The notes under the pieces were generated by a model. The model did not search any database, was not told where the DNA came from, and was given only the letters and a program-made list of their open reading frames with translations. A stretch of DNA of 64,000 bases from Salpingoeca rosetta. Taxonomy: Eukaryota > Protista > Choanoflagellata. The stretch's first letter is position 1. Each line of letters starts with the position of its first letter. Location of the stretch: the NCBI GenBank assembly GCA_033442325.1, contig JAWQFM010000026.1, forward strand, positions 418,311 through 482,310. The letters run 5' to 3'. This document shows, piece by piece, positions 15,149 to 28,138 of this stretch. Both the position numbers and the translations under genes were made by a program.

Positions 15149-16132
15149 AAATGTGGGTCGCTGGGGAGACATCAACACTGCAGCAGTCATTCGGCGCGTT
15201 ACCTCCGTGGCTATCCAGCTGAGAACTGGCTCGCGGACATCCTTGGGAAGAGCTTTGAGGATTGCGTCGAGCTCTGAGCTGCTCTGATGCTATGAGAGGG
15301 TGAGCAAGGGGAGAAATAGTCACAGATTGTGAGTGCCCGCAGCTAGAGAACAGCACATCACCAACACGCACTCAACACGCAGAGTCAATACACAGAGTCA
15401 ATACGCAGACATTGCTAAATGCGCATGCTCATCTCCTTACAAACATGCACACACACTCTCTCTCTCATGTGCACGCATACATGCACAAAACCAAACACAC
15501 ACACAACAACAACAACAACAACAACAACAACGTGCAAGTGCAGTTACACGCCAACAGACCGAAGGGCCGGGCTGAAGATTAAGGCTGGGCGCAGGAGAGT
15601 CACGCTGGCCTGAAGAGCGCCCATTGTTCTTGCGGCGCTGACGGCGGTGGTCCTGCGCGGGTTCCGGCTGTCCCCGGGTGTCATGGCGAGGCTGTTGCTG
15701 CGGCATTTGCTGCGGCATTTGCTGCGGCTGTTGCTGCGGCATTTGCTGCGCATCAAATTGGCTGCTCAGGCCACCAGCACCCTGGACATACGTGTAAGTG
15801 GGCATGAAATGAGCCCCGGGCATTTGGTTGAAGCCAACCCCCTCGGCGTGCTGTCTGCCGGAGCCTGAAGGCGGCTGCTGTTGGTAATGGTGACCGTGGT
15901 GCTGCTGGCCATGTTGCTGGCCATGTTGCTGGCCATGTTGCCGGCCATGTTGCCGGCCATGTTGCTGACCATGTTGCTGGCGGCGGCCACCACCACCACC
16001 ACCACGACGCCTCTGATTGCGGTATTGGGGCGGGCGCCCCTGCTGTCCGGACGGGCGCGCGGCGTACATTGGCTGACTGAACTGCATCTGGCTCGGGTGA
16101 TGGGCACCCGGCCTTCTCGGATCTTCGCCCAT
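1..16132 (-). CDS. NO VEIN / sacsin-like GHKL ATPase protein, about 30 exons, 3' end outside the window
   Basis: Start MGEDPRR at 16132. Spliced exons at about 9076-8874, 8622-8531, 8267-7921, 7598-7360 and 7146-7095 give LASDLYASTTHFVMELVQNADDNTY...NNE / VGFSEKNVRALCSIGNSTK...FIGHKG / IGFKSVFKVTHCPQIHSNNFHFGFD...ETVIVLP...LLLFLHKLKRL / VFAFLPV / QADWMLTSSR. These are the Bergerat-fold motifs of the sacsin/NO VEIN family. GT-AG exons continue in frame (e.g. WVLTTDGELCTPKDVF near 2770-2680; the long exon 2372-1809) down to about 80, then an intron runs off the edge. Confidence 0.85.
3482..3580. repeat. (CAAA)n tetranucleotide microsatellite, intronic
   Basis: Perfect acaa/caaa run visible directly. 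Confidence 0.95.
5535..5785. repeat. Degenerate (CAAA/CAAG)n microsatellite, intronic
   Basis: Mixed caaa/caag/ccaa units with a recurring 'caagtata' variant. Confidence 0.9.
15690..15980 (-). repeat. Coding 12-bp minisatellites (QQHG)n and (QQMP)n in exon 1 of the NO VEIN-like gene
   Basis: ggccatgttgct units at about 15900-15980 and gctgcggcattt units at about 15695-15750. Confidence 0.85.
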
Positions 16133-16960
16133 GCCCTTTTCAAAACCAGGGGAAGGGTGGACGAGAAGTGCGTGGCTTGCTCGCAGCTGTGCAGCTGATG
16201 AGGTGCCTTTGGTGTGATGGGGTCAGCTCAAGGTCCGTCCGCAGTGAGGCTGTTATGTTCACGTTGTGAGAAGGTCACAACGTCGACAGTGCAGCTGCTT
16301 GCTGTGTTTTGTTTTGCTTTTGTTTTGGTTCGTCTGTCCGCAATGAGATTGCCGATTATTGTTGACATCTCCAACTATTCCTCCACAACCACCAAGACAA
16401 AGACGGACGACGATGACAAGCAGCAGCAGGATGCTTGTGCGTGCTGCGTGATGTACTTGATTCCGCACCGCGATCCCCCAAAGGCGTTGGCTCCTTCTTT
16501 GGCCAACAAACAACGTCAAGGTGTGATTTCCATTTGTGTGTGAGAGAGAGAGAGTGTGTGTGAGTGTGTGTGTGTGTGTGCGTTCGCATTGTTGTTGCTT
16601 GTGGTGGCTTTGCGCTTTGCGTGTGTTCTTGGAAGGGTTGAAGTGGGCCAATCACACTGCCCAATGTTCGTCTCTGCGTCTTCTCCCTTTTCTCTGTGCG
16701 TCTCTCGCACACACGCGCTCTCTGTTTTTTGCTCCCATTACCCCCATGTTTTTTCATTTGTGTGAGTGGGTGGTCTCTTTTCTCGCTCATGAAGACTCAA
16801 TGGTGTTATACGTGTCGCCACCCTCGCGCAGATATGCGTGCCGGGCTGCAGTTGCTTCATCGCACCGATGCGCTGCAGTGCGTGGTGTAATTCACGGATG
16901 GTGATGCCTCGCATATACCTCGCATGAACGCGGTGACGCACGGCAGAAGCAATGCAAGTC

Positions 16961-16961
<1 letters not shown>

Positions 16962-17002
<41 letters not shown>

Positions 17003-17212
17003 GTATGCCTAGGAGAGTTGAGAGTGTCCCTTGCTGTCACCACATGGCATGTTCGCGCATGTACCTGAAATCCCTTGAGCACGTCTCTGAACACGTCTCT
17101 ATTTTTTGATGGACTCACACACGCACCCACACCCCATCTCTCGCAAACACGTCCATCGATGATCAGGATGAGGTGCAGATGCAGCGAGAGCCGTATCAGC
17201 TGCAATTGAAGC

Positions 17213-17275
<63 letters not shown>

Positions 17276-17313
17276 AACAACAACAACAACAACAACAGCA
17301 GCAGCAGCAGCAG

Positions 17314-17347
<34 letters not shown>

Positions 17348-17397
17348 TTAAACAACAACAACTTAAACAACAACTTAAAGAACAACAACAACAACAA
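16962..17397. repeat. Intergenic (GCA)n and (CAA)n/(CAG)n trinucleotide tracts
   Basis: gca run at 16962-17001 and caa/cag run at 17212-17397, between divergently oriented genes. Confidence 0.9.
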
Positions 17398-17980
17398 AAC
17401 GACGACGACACCACCACTGCACACACATGCAGCGTTTGTGGGCTGTGGGATACCATGTGCACCACACTTCTACACTCGTCCCAACGGTCAGTTGCATGTC
17501 TCTTTAATCACATGCTTCCGCCACATTCAATTGCATATTTTGCCTATTTTGCACTCGCGCACCACGTTGCTCTCACACGTGCTTGGCGTGCATGCATTCG
17601 CCCAACAACAGCCAGCGCCCCCAACGATCTGCCTTGTGTTCTCGTTGCACCCTTCGTTACAGAACTTTGCGCGCGCGCCACAACCGTTACTTTTTCATTC
17701 GTTCCATCTCTTCCATCAATCTTCGCTGTCGTGTTGTCGTAACGTTGATTGGTGTATCGCTTGAGTCTTGTTTGTCAGGTGTCCGCGATTTGTCTCGTTA
17801 GGTCTTGCTTCTGTAGTGTCGACATCACAGTGTGTGTTCGCTGACACCCCAGTGTTTGTCCGTTCATTTCTTTTGCGCTCCCAAGTTCACTTGACGTCGC
17901 GCATCTGTCCCACTCGCTTGTACTTGTCCATCACGACCATATCTCCTTCCCCTCGCTCACTTCCGCCTCTTTGCATCGCC

Positions 17981-18646
17981 ATGGCTGATACCTTCGGTGG
18001 GTGCTTCTACCGTGTCTGGTGTGTGCGTGTGTATCTGTATCTGTGTCTGTGTCTGTGTCTGTGTCTGTGTGCGTGCGTGGTTTTGTGTGTGCCTGTCTCT
18101 CCCTCTCCCTCTCTGCCTTTCTCTCTGTCCCTCTGTGCCGCTCTGTCTGCCGTTCTGCCTGTCTCTCTCTCTCTCTCATCTGTCTGTCTCCATCTGCCTG
18201 CCCCTCCATCTGTTTCTTGGCGTTGTATCTGTCCTGTACCTCGTTTCATATGTACTACTGGCAACTGTCCCAGTTCCATGCATCTATGCGAGCGTACAGT
18301 GCCACCACACTGCCTTCACTCACAATGTTGCTTGCATGCATGCTCCCACCGCCCCCCCCCCCTTTCACCTTCCTGCCTCTACCACCACTCCGCAGACACC
18401 GTCTCCACCGCCAACACCTCGACGCAGGTGGTGGACAAGGCCACAATGATGCGGGCAATGACCCACGACAGCGGCGTGGACGTCGTTGCCGGCGTCATCA
18501 GCGACAAGGCCACACCAACGTCTTCCCGTGTGCCATCGCGCGTGCCCTCACTCGCCACCATCAAGGAGGACACTGTTTCCACCCAGGATGAGACCCTCTC
18601 ATTCAAGTCAACAAGCAGCGTCACCAGCACCAGCACCCGTGCGTAC

Positions 18647-18727
<81 letters not shown>

Positions 18728-19369
18728 CGTGCATGCGTGCGTGTATAGCTTGCACCGCTCCGTGCTTGCTTGCATGCATGCATGCATGCATGCACTTGTT
18801 CCTGCCAGCTTTGTGAGTTTACTCTCTCCCCTTGGCTCCCCCTCTTTCTTGGTTGCTGCTCCGTCCTCACAATCACCCACAACCATGCACACTCACCCTC
18901 CACCCCCCTCCCCGGCAATGTGACAGGTGTGGAGAACAGCAAGCCGGCCACGGACACGAACGCCGTGTACGACGAGCACGAGAACACGTATGCGCACAAG
19001 CAAGAGATGCTGCGGCGCCGCTACAAGCACATCAAGGAGCCAGCCACCGCCGGCCTGGTGAAGCTGAGCACGAAGAAGAGCACGTTTGACATCAACCGTG
19101 AGTGGCCATCCATGCCCGAGGTTGCTAACTACGGCATTGGCGAACGGCCCGTGCCCACCGCCTGCGACCACCTGCGCATGCCCGAGCACATCAAGCGCCA
19201 GTGGGCGATGGAGATGTACACCATGTATGACACGACGAAGCAGCGCGAGGAGCGGGAAGCCATGATGGAGCGGCGCTACCGCTGGATCGAGGAGACGAGC
19301 AGGGAGGAGGACGGGCTGCCCCCACTCCCGAAGCACCGCAAGAAGCCTGCCTCCCGTGACCTCATGTGA
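17981..19369 (+). CDS. Hypothetical protein, 3 exons (17981-17996, 18396-18638, 18927-19369), about 233 aa
   Basis: gccATGG start, phase-consistent GT-AG introns, GC3-rich codons. Ser/Thr-rich N-half and charged helical C-half (KRQWAMEMYTMYDTTKQREEREAMMERRYRWIEE). No family recognised. Confidence 0.7.
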
Positions 19370-19407
19370 TGAGACTGATGGCTGCTCTGCGCACATTCTC
19401 TTTTGTG

Positions 19408-19440
<33 letters not shown>

Positions 19441-19600
19441 TCTGTCGGCTGTTCTGCGCAATGGTAACAATGCGACAGCATGCCAAATGAAATGTTCTCA
19501 CACCAGTGCGACAGCAAATCGCAAACACAACGCACACAGTCCGCATTTCATAACTGACTGACGAAACACCGCAACAACGCCAAAGGCACAACCAAGAACG

Positions 19601-20396
19601 ATGAGCCAAGATGCGCAGGCTGGTTCTCGCCAACCATACCACCCTTACGCGTTGAAGTCGACCGCCAGCTTCCCAGCGCACCTGAGCTGTGATGAGTGGG
19701 CGATGGTCGTGGAGCATGTGCTAGCAAACCCATACGGGACTGTGAACACAGAAGACGTGCGAGCAGTGTTTAGCCTCATTCGGACCTGCCGCTGCCTGTA
19801 CACAGAGCTGCCCATGCACCTGCCCAAATGGCGCTTCATCAAGCACAAGAACTACGGCGGATCGCGGGTCACACGCACGTGGATCGAGCCAGAGGCTTTC
19901 CTCTTCAACACTGACAACACACACAACAGCGGCGACGATTGTGTGCACGCCGGAGTCGACGACAGCGGGCAAACGCCACCGGACGCTGCTGATGCTGAGG
20001 CATCCTCCACTGATCTTGTCAACAGAACGGAAAGCGCGCCATCGCGCAGCACTCCACACAACTTGGAAGTGTGGGCACAGCAGCGGCTTCTCGTGCACGC
20101 TTGGCTCGGTGTGCTGTGGGACAGCAAGATACAGCTGCTCCGCACGATGCACTGTCCACGCAACGGTGCTGCTTGCTCATTTCGCACAGCTTTCGCAACA
20201 TGCGGTCGCGTGCATTTTGACTCATTGAACGATCTTCGCGCTTGGATCAGCCCAGCACCTGCCCATGATGAAGGCGATGGCGACAGGGATGAGAGCCAAG
20301 ACGACCACAACAACGACCACAGTGACCAGCAGCAGAACAACCACAGCTCCGCCGATCCCTTCACCCTTGACACCATCCACCCTCTCACAGACGATC

Positions 20397-20430
<34 letters not shown>

Positions 20431-22738
20431 TGATGATGATGATGATGATGACGGCGATGATGACGACGGCATCGATGGAAGCTCCAGCGGCCACCGAGGC
20501 AAGAAAGCCAGGGCAATGTCCAGCGCTTACGCTAGCAGCTCGGTGTTGCTGCCAGCTGGTTTTGTGTTGCATGCTGTCCTGGAAAGTGAGGCGGAAGCCG
20601 CAGAGTTGGCTCACCTGCGTTCCATGCTGGGCACTGTGGCTGCAGACACAATCCGCGTGAAATCTCAGTGTTCCCTTGAGCGCTTGTCTCTCGACAACAC
20701 TGAGGAAGTGTGTCTCCACACCGACGAGCCTGTGCAGCATGTCGCCCTCAAACATGTTCGCAAGCTGCGCTGGACCATTGCGCCAGATCAGCTGCGGATC
20801 GCCGGTGACCTGCAAGGCCTGACAAGCGTCACCCTCACAGGTGCCCACATGGGCGACGTACGAGCCAGAACAGCCGATGCCCTCGGCCGATCGCTGGACG
20901 TAAGCGCGCTGGCCTCTGTGCCTACAGTGCACGTCATCGACGTTAGCAGTCTCAGAGACGCATCGGCCCTCGCGCACGTGCAGGAGGTGCGCTTGGAGCA
21001 TACGCGTGTGTCCGACATCACGGCTCTGCGCGACGTACCCCGGCTGGCCGTCACGCGTTGTTACGACGTGAGCGTCAACAACATCACCCTCAACGGCACG
21101 GACATTCGCTTGGCGACTGTCAACGTTCGAGGAACACTGCGTGTGCCCAACGCCACCTCCATCTCCGTGTGGGAGTGCAGTGGAATCGACGCCGTTGTGT
21201 GCGGTAGTCCCCACATCAACAGCATTGCGGCAGAGCACTGCAGCAGCCTTGAAACCATCACTCTGCCCCCGCTGCGGCACCTTGGCAGCATCTGGCTGGC
21301 ATATTGCAACAGCGTGTCCTCACTCACCCTAAACCTGGTGGAGCCGCACAACGAATACAGTGACATTGACAGCGCGACCGGCCAGCACCGCCAGCGATAC
21401 CACCACGACGGAAATGCCCCGTACCCAGATGTGGGCGCAATCCAGTGCTACTGTTTCCGCGAGATAACGTTCAATGGTACCCACTTTGGGCACCTTTCAG
21501 TGGAAGAGTGCGAGTTCTTTCGCGGCGTGAACGCTCCGAACGTTGTGTACATGGACAGCGTCTACATCGACCGCTGTGATGAGTTTCCCCACGTGCCAGA
21601 AGGTGTGACACAGGTTGGCCAGCTGCACATCACCAACTGTTACAGCCTCCATACACTCCACCTCCCAAACTTGGCCTCTGCGCACATCATTCAGCTGGAC
21701 GCCTGTTATGCTGCAAAGGACATTTCCTGCCCACTTGCCCATGTGGACACGCTGTCGATCGCGGGATGCACGAAGCTTGAGCGCATTCGCGTCCACAGTG
21801 CTGCCACACTCAAGGTTTTACGCTGCTCAAGCTTGACCAAGCTAGAATGCGAGAATGACTGCTTCCAACTGCTTCGGGTACTGTCCTGCCCACGGCTGAG
21901 CGCTCTTCCCCACATCGCCAGCGCCGTGGAGGTTGACGTGGAATCACATGTGGCGGAGCACAACCTGCAGCAGCTGGGTGCGTGCGCGCGCAAGCTGTGC
22001 TTGCACGGAGAAGCTGCAAGCTGTTTTTCTTCCTTGCATGTGGTACCGGACGACGTGCAAGTGCACGTGTTCGACCTAGACTCGCGCGTTATCCGGCGCC
22101 CCTCTCCTCCTTCGTGCGTGCAGGAGGTGCACGTGCACGTGACGGCTGACTTGGACGTGCAGCCGCTGCGAGATGTGCCTGTCATCAGCTTAAAGAGCCG
22201 CGCGGACATGCGGTATGCGAAGGCGGTGGTCCCTGTGATTCGGGGTCTCGACAGCCTGCGCTCTGTCACCAACATCAGCATTACAGCATGTAACTTAGCA
22301 AAAGCAGCAATCGTTGGATGCGCACAAGTGAGGGTGACAAAATGCCGCGGTAACATTCGCGTTTGCAACAGCCAGCTGTTCTGGGTGAGCAGTTGTTCAC
22401 AGCTTGGTATTCAAGCAGAAAACGTGCACAAGGTGGTGTTGAGCGACGTGCAGCTGACCGACCACGACATTGCACTGCACAACGTCCACGCGTGCTACTG
22501 CACCTCCTGTATCGTGCAAGACTTTGCTGGGTTTGCAGGTGTGCAGGACCTGAGGCTGACCCGGTGCCACTTTGATAACATTGCATCGCTACCTCAAGTT
22601 GGTGAGCTGCACGTGTCCTCGTGCCGCCATCATCAGCACGAGCAGCGATATCTGAGATGGCCAGACGTCGTCTTTCATGCCAAGTCCCCTCAACACATGC
22701 AGGCGGAATTGCGCGCGGGGGAAACACGCATTTCATAG
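19601..22738 (+). CDS. Intronless leucine-rich-repeat protein with a possible N-terminal F-box-like motif, 1045 aa
   Basis: Single 3.1-kb ORF. N-terminal HLSCDEWAMVVEHVL...VFSLIRTCRCLY resembles a divergent F-box. A poly-Asp tract precedes many degenerate Cys-containing LRRs (DVSALASVPTVHV; LSIAGCTKLERI; LRVLSCPRLSAL). Confidence 0.8.
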
Positions 22739-23118
22739 CGGCTGTGTGTGTGTGTGTGTCTGTGTGTGTCTGTGTGTGTGTGTGTGCTCTGTCCACTGTT
22801 TTCCGTGCCACTGCGTGCGTGCATGCAGTTTCGTTGGGTGTTGTATTCTTTGGTGTGAAGGAACAAGTACAACGCAACAGCTCATGATGCAGTTCACAGG
22901 CAGTCCGGAGACAGACCACACACGCAACAGAGAAAATCACACAAGCTCACCACCGAAGGGACATCATCACAACACACGAGGAAACGCGACCCGAAACAAG
23001 CACACACGCTCACGAGCACAGGCTTGTACGTAACAAGCAAACGCATGGCCCGAACAAACATGCCAACACTGACATACACACTCTCACAAGCAGTCACACA
23101 CACACACACACATACACA

Positions 23119-23158
<40 letters not shown>

Positions 23159-23177
23159 CACACTCGCCGTGCGAATG

Positions 23178-26100
23178 TCATGGAAGGAGGTGCAGAATGA
23201 TGAAAGCGACAGCGCACCAGCACGTGGCGCGGAAGAAGGCAACCTTGCGCTCGTGTGCCATGAGCGTTGGAAGAAGCCCAATAAACCAGTCAAAGCGAAG
23301 GCAGACGGCGTTGAAGCGCCCATAGAGGAAATGACCGTACACACGGCCAGCCTCCGACGCAAAGCGCACGCACAGTGCATGCGGCACCGCAGCCACCCGG
23401 CCCAGGAAGCTGGTGCCCTCCTGCTTGTACTCGTCTGGTTCGATGAGTAGGTGCGTAAGGCCCTCAGCGAGCAGCTCACCAGCGAAGATGGAGATCAGCA
23501 CCGCAAGCACGTGGTGCAGCGTGAACATGCTGGAAGCAAGCCACTGCGCGCTGTCACGTAAGACGTCAATGCCGCTGCTGTCATCGTGGGCGGTGTTGCC
23601 GAAACTGGGAACGGCGTTGAAGATGGCGCTCGCCACGTGCGCACAGCACGCAAAGAAGAGCAGCAGCACGATGGCCTCGCTTGCGTTGGGCAGGTTGAGG
23701 TACGTGTGCTGTGGGAACATGTGCACCAGGGCCCCATCGCCTTTGGCCCAGCCCCAGAAGCGAGAGAGATGAGGTGCTCCGTTGTTCCACCAAGGATGGA
23801 CGGCGGTGGCGTCCGGCACGGAAATGAGGCGTCCATCGGCCACCTTCAAGCACACGTCGATGTCCTCGCCGCCTGTGGGCGAGATGCAGTCAGTGGGCAA
23901 GTTGGTATGCAATCATGAATGAGATGGTCAAGTTCACGCAGGGACGCAGTTCATGTGATGTGGCAATGCAGCCAAGGTTATGATATCCAACACACTACAA
24001 TCACTGATACACACACTGACACACACACTCATACGCACACACACAATCACACACACACACACAATCATTCACACACACACACAGTCAATCACACACACAC
24101 TCATTCACACACACACACTCATTCACACACACACACACACACATCACACACACGCACCGCCAGTCCGTGGGAAGCGGGTGTCAAAGACGAGGTCTTCCGT
24201 GCGTCGAAGCAGCACGTTGGCCGTCACAGCCCAGGGCATCACATCCTCCTTTGCAGCACGGTCCCAGAAGTGGGTGACACCAGCCAGCCTCGCACCGAGG
24301 GTACGCGCCGTGTTCATGGGCGGAAAGAAGGTTGGCCCCGCAAACCCGTTGCCGTTCGGGTTCCGGCGCACCGCGGCAGCATAGGCAGCAACAATGTCAC
24401 GTGACGGCACCACGTCGTCGTCGAGGAACAGCAGGAACTCTGCAGCAGACTCAAACACGCCGCGGTTGCGCGCTTCAGGGGCGCCCGTGTTGCCCTCCTG
24501 GCAGCGGATGCGGTAGCGCCAGTCGTACTCAAACTTGTTCTCGAGTGCCTGCAGGCACGCAGCCGCGTCTGGGTCGTCGCGCGAGCGATCAACCACCACA
24601 ATGTACCCGAGGCTGACGTCTGGCGGCGCCTCCAAATGCAGGATGGGGCGGAGCTGCTCCAGGTTACAGCGATACGTCGGCACAACAATGTCGATGACCA
24701 GCTTGCGCGCGCGCTTGGCAGCGGCGGCGGTGCGCGGGCCTTGCTGCTGAAGCCACACCTCGATGTCTCGCACAGTCTGTGTGAGCACAGGCCCCGTCCA
24801 GCGCGTGTGCTGCTTGTCGTAGCGGCCAGGCCGCTCACCGCCAATGGTGTTGACGAGGCGTGCCTGAGACAGCATGGTCGACGCGCCCCAGCGCCGGTAC
24901 AGCTGGAACAGGAACGGGTCCGCGTCCTGGTTGACAAAGTGGCCGGACTTGGGCACGAGGCGGCCACCCAAGATGGACAGGTGCACGTGCGACACGACGG
25001 GGAAGGTGGGGAAACCGGGGAAGTTAGCGTCCGTGAAGGCCACACAGCCAAAGCCAAGCGGCAGGCCCGTGCGCTGCGCAATGTCGCTGAAGGCGTTGGC
25101 AATCGCCGTCATCCACCCGGGCGACTTCACATCCACGTCGTCGCCGAGCAGGATGTAGTGCGTGCAGCCAAGCTCGCGGGCGCGCCGGGCCAGGGCGTCC
25201 CAGTACTGGCATATGGCGCCACGCTTGTAACGTGACAGCGACAGCACGGTCACTGACGCCGCGCTGCCGGCACCCCCGCGCCAGCACACGTTCTGCTGCA
25301 GGTATGACACCAGGCGTTCACGCCCAGGGCAGTGCTCGCCAAGCAAGGCGTCGTCGTCGTCCAGGCCAAGGACGATGCGCATGGTGGGCCACAGCGGGTC
25401 GCCGCGCACGCTGGTGCCTAGCTGGCTCAGCGTGCCCAGCACACGGTCCCAGAACACCTCGGGCTTGTTCTCGTCATACCCGCGGGATGTCACGGGCAGC
25501 AGCAAGCCAAACGACGTCCGTTCCTCCGCCACCCTGTGAACAGCGTCTTCACCCACTGTCGGAGTGGTGACGGTCGCAGCCTCCGTCGTGATGGACAGCT
25601 GGCTGCTTCGCCAGGCCGCGAGCAACGCAGCGCGCTCTGCCGCAGCAGCAACATCAGCATCAGCAACATCAGCATCAGCAACAGCAGCAGCATCAGCAGG
25701 TTCATCAGCAGCAGGTTCATTAGAACCAGCTTTGGCAGTGGCACCGTCACGGACGTCGTCGGCGTCACCACAATGGGTGGTGGATGCGATTGAGGCGAGC
25801 ACCGCCTTCATCTCCTGGCGCATCCACTTGGCGGTGCGCCGCATGCCTTCTTCGAGCGTCACTTGCGGCTCCCAATTCAGCAGTCGCAGCGCACGCGAGG
25901 CGTCGCAGTTGCGGCCGCTCACGCCCTGTGGACCTTCCGCATGCTCAATGACAACATCGCTGCCATCGCTGCCACGGCCATCGGCGTCTTCTGCGGCAGT
26001 GGCGTGTGCGACGGACACGGCGAGGGCGGCAAAGTCGTTGATGGAGATGATGTGGTCGGAACCAACGTTGACAACGGTTGGCTGTGCCGCGCTACCGCGT

Positions 26101-27243
26101 TCGCCGCCGTGGCCACTTCCAGAATAGTCATCTTCAGTTGCAGTTGCAGAATCAGGCGCAGGCGCAGTTGCAGTCAAAGTCGTAGTTGCAGCCGTGGTCG
26201 TAGTCGTGGTAGTACCAGCAGTGGTGCGGGGAGCAGCGTCCAGAGTGCTGCTGGGCGGGGTCATGGTGGCCAGTGCCATGAGGGCGCGTACGCAGTCGTC
26301 CACGTAGAGGAAGGTGCGAGTCTGCTTTCCGTCGCCCCACACCTCCACGGAGCGCGAAGTCGATTCCTTGTCACCGGCGCCGCTGGTGGCGGACGGTGAG
26401 AACGTGAGGGCGAGCGCCTTGCGCAGGAGAGCGGCCGGGGCCTTTTCGCGGCCACCAAACCACGTGCAGTGGGGCCCGAAGACGTTGTGCAGGCGCGCGA
26501 TGCGCAAGCGGTTTGGAGGCAGGGCGTGCTTGAGCACGCGCTCGCCAGCAAGCTTTTCCCACCCGTACGCATCTGGGGGCGGGATGCCGGCGTCGTTCTC
26601 GTGGAGAGGGGCGCACTCGGCCTCCTTCTGCAGGTCTTCCGGATACACGCACGCGGATGACGTGTACACGACGATGGCGCCCGAGGCCTGGGCGGCCTCA
26701 GCCACGGCCAGCGTCAGTCCCAGGTTGGACTTGACGATGGCGGCGTTGTTGACTTCGTTGCCAATGAACCCCATTCCACCTGGCATGGTGAGTTGACATG
26801 TGCGCAAGCATAAAAGCCATCATCATGAGTGAGTGGGTGTGGTGCACATGTACAAGAAGCATGTGTGTGAAAGAAGCATGTGTGTGTGTGTGAGTGACAG
26901 AGCCACAAGAACAGAGCCACAGGGCCACACGTGACAGAACAAACATGCCCACGCACATGGCGAGCACGCACATCAAGCATCCATGCACATCACGCATCCA
27001 TGCACATCACGCACCCATGTCAGCGGCGAGGTGAAAGATGACGTCGCATCCCTTGGCAAGCTGCACGCACCACTCGGCCTGACGAAGGTCAACTTGGTGG
27101 ATATCGGGACGGCGGGGATTGCGATGGATGTCTGCGCCAACCACAGTCCACCCTGCGGCCTCCAGTGCATCACAAAGATGCATGCCAATGAAACCGGCAG
27201 CGCCAGTCACAAAGGCCCGACGTTGAGGCGGGTTAGCCATCAT
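23178..27243 (-). CDS. GDP-mannose 3,5-epimerase-like SDR fused to two GT-A glycosyltransferase domains and C-terminal TM helices; exons 27243-27015, 26779-24158, 23872-23178
   Basis: GME motifs: [66 protein letters not shown]. Middle GT-A domain: [31 protein letters not shown]2 domain: [30 protein letters not shown]. Hydrophobic tail. Confidence 0.9.
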
Positions 27244-27899
27244 TGCTTGGTTGGATGTTTCTTGCGGGAGCCGGGGGTTGGAGTGGTGAGGCTGTGGCCA
27301 CGTGTGCTTTGGGCTTTGGGGAGGGGAGGGGGAGGTGCTCTGGCCTTCTGGCAGTCTGGCGCGGAGTTCCTGCGTCTTCTCTTAAATCTTTCCGTCAACT
27401 CCTTGTGCTCAGTGTGAGAAAGGAAAATGAACGCCATCACAGGCACGCATTGCGGAAGGCAACAGGCGTTGGCACGCCCATGCATCATGCGCGACCCTGG
27501 TACTGCTGGTACTGACATCATCTCCAACGGTGACATACTGACGTTTGACACCTGGAACTGACAACAAGGACACGAGCGGGCGGGGAAGCAGAGCTGGGGT
27601 GTGGGACGTGTCATCGTCAGCGCCACTGCTCAAAAAGTTGGCGGCAGATCATGAACTGTATGCGACACCACAATTACGTGCTTTGAATGTGGCGGGAGTT
27701 TTGAACCACCAGCCGCCGAAGGTGGTGTTGTTCTTGTTCTCTTGTTGGCCACACACACATCAGTCAGCATCACACGCTCACACACCACTTCAAGAGTTCT
27801 TCTCTTCTGGACTCTCGATTGTTTACTCTCATGTATAGGTAACAACGGGTGGCGGTGCAAACGAGAGACAGAGTGGGTTGGCATGATGTGACACCACTC

Positions 27900-27943
27900 G
27901 AAAACAACTGAAAACAACCGAAAACAACTGAAACAAGGAAACA
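27900..27943. repeat. Short 10-bp tandem repeat (gaaaacaacy) x3-4
   Basis: gaaaacaact gaaaacaacc gaaaacaact gaaacaagg in the intergenic region. Confidence 0.8.
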
Positions 27944-28138
27944 AGAGGCCAATGTAGCCCTGTAGCCGTAGCCATCAAGATCAAGCCTTCAAGCTTGCCC
28001 ACCACAGACCACATGAAGCACATGAAGAGGTGATGTACATGTAACATACAAAATTAACAACAAACGGAGCAGGTGTGGGGATACACCTCTGCACCTTCCC
28101 TTCCCCTTTCTCCCCCATCTCCTCACACCTTCATCACC

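Noticed and set aside
16738-17465. Poly-Leu / poly-Cys ORFs
   Set aside because: Reading frames through the (CAA)n tract with no coding complexity.
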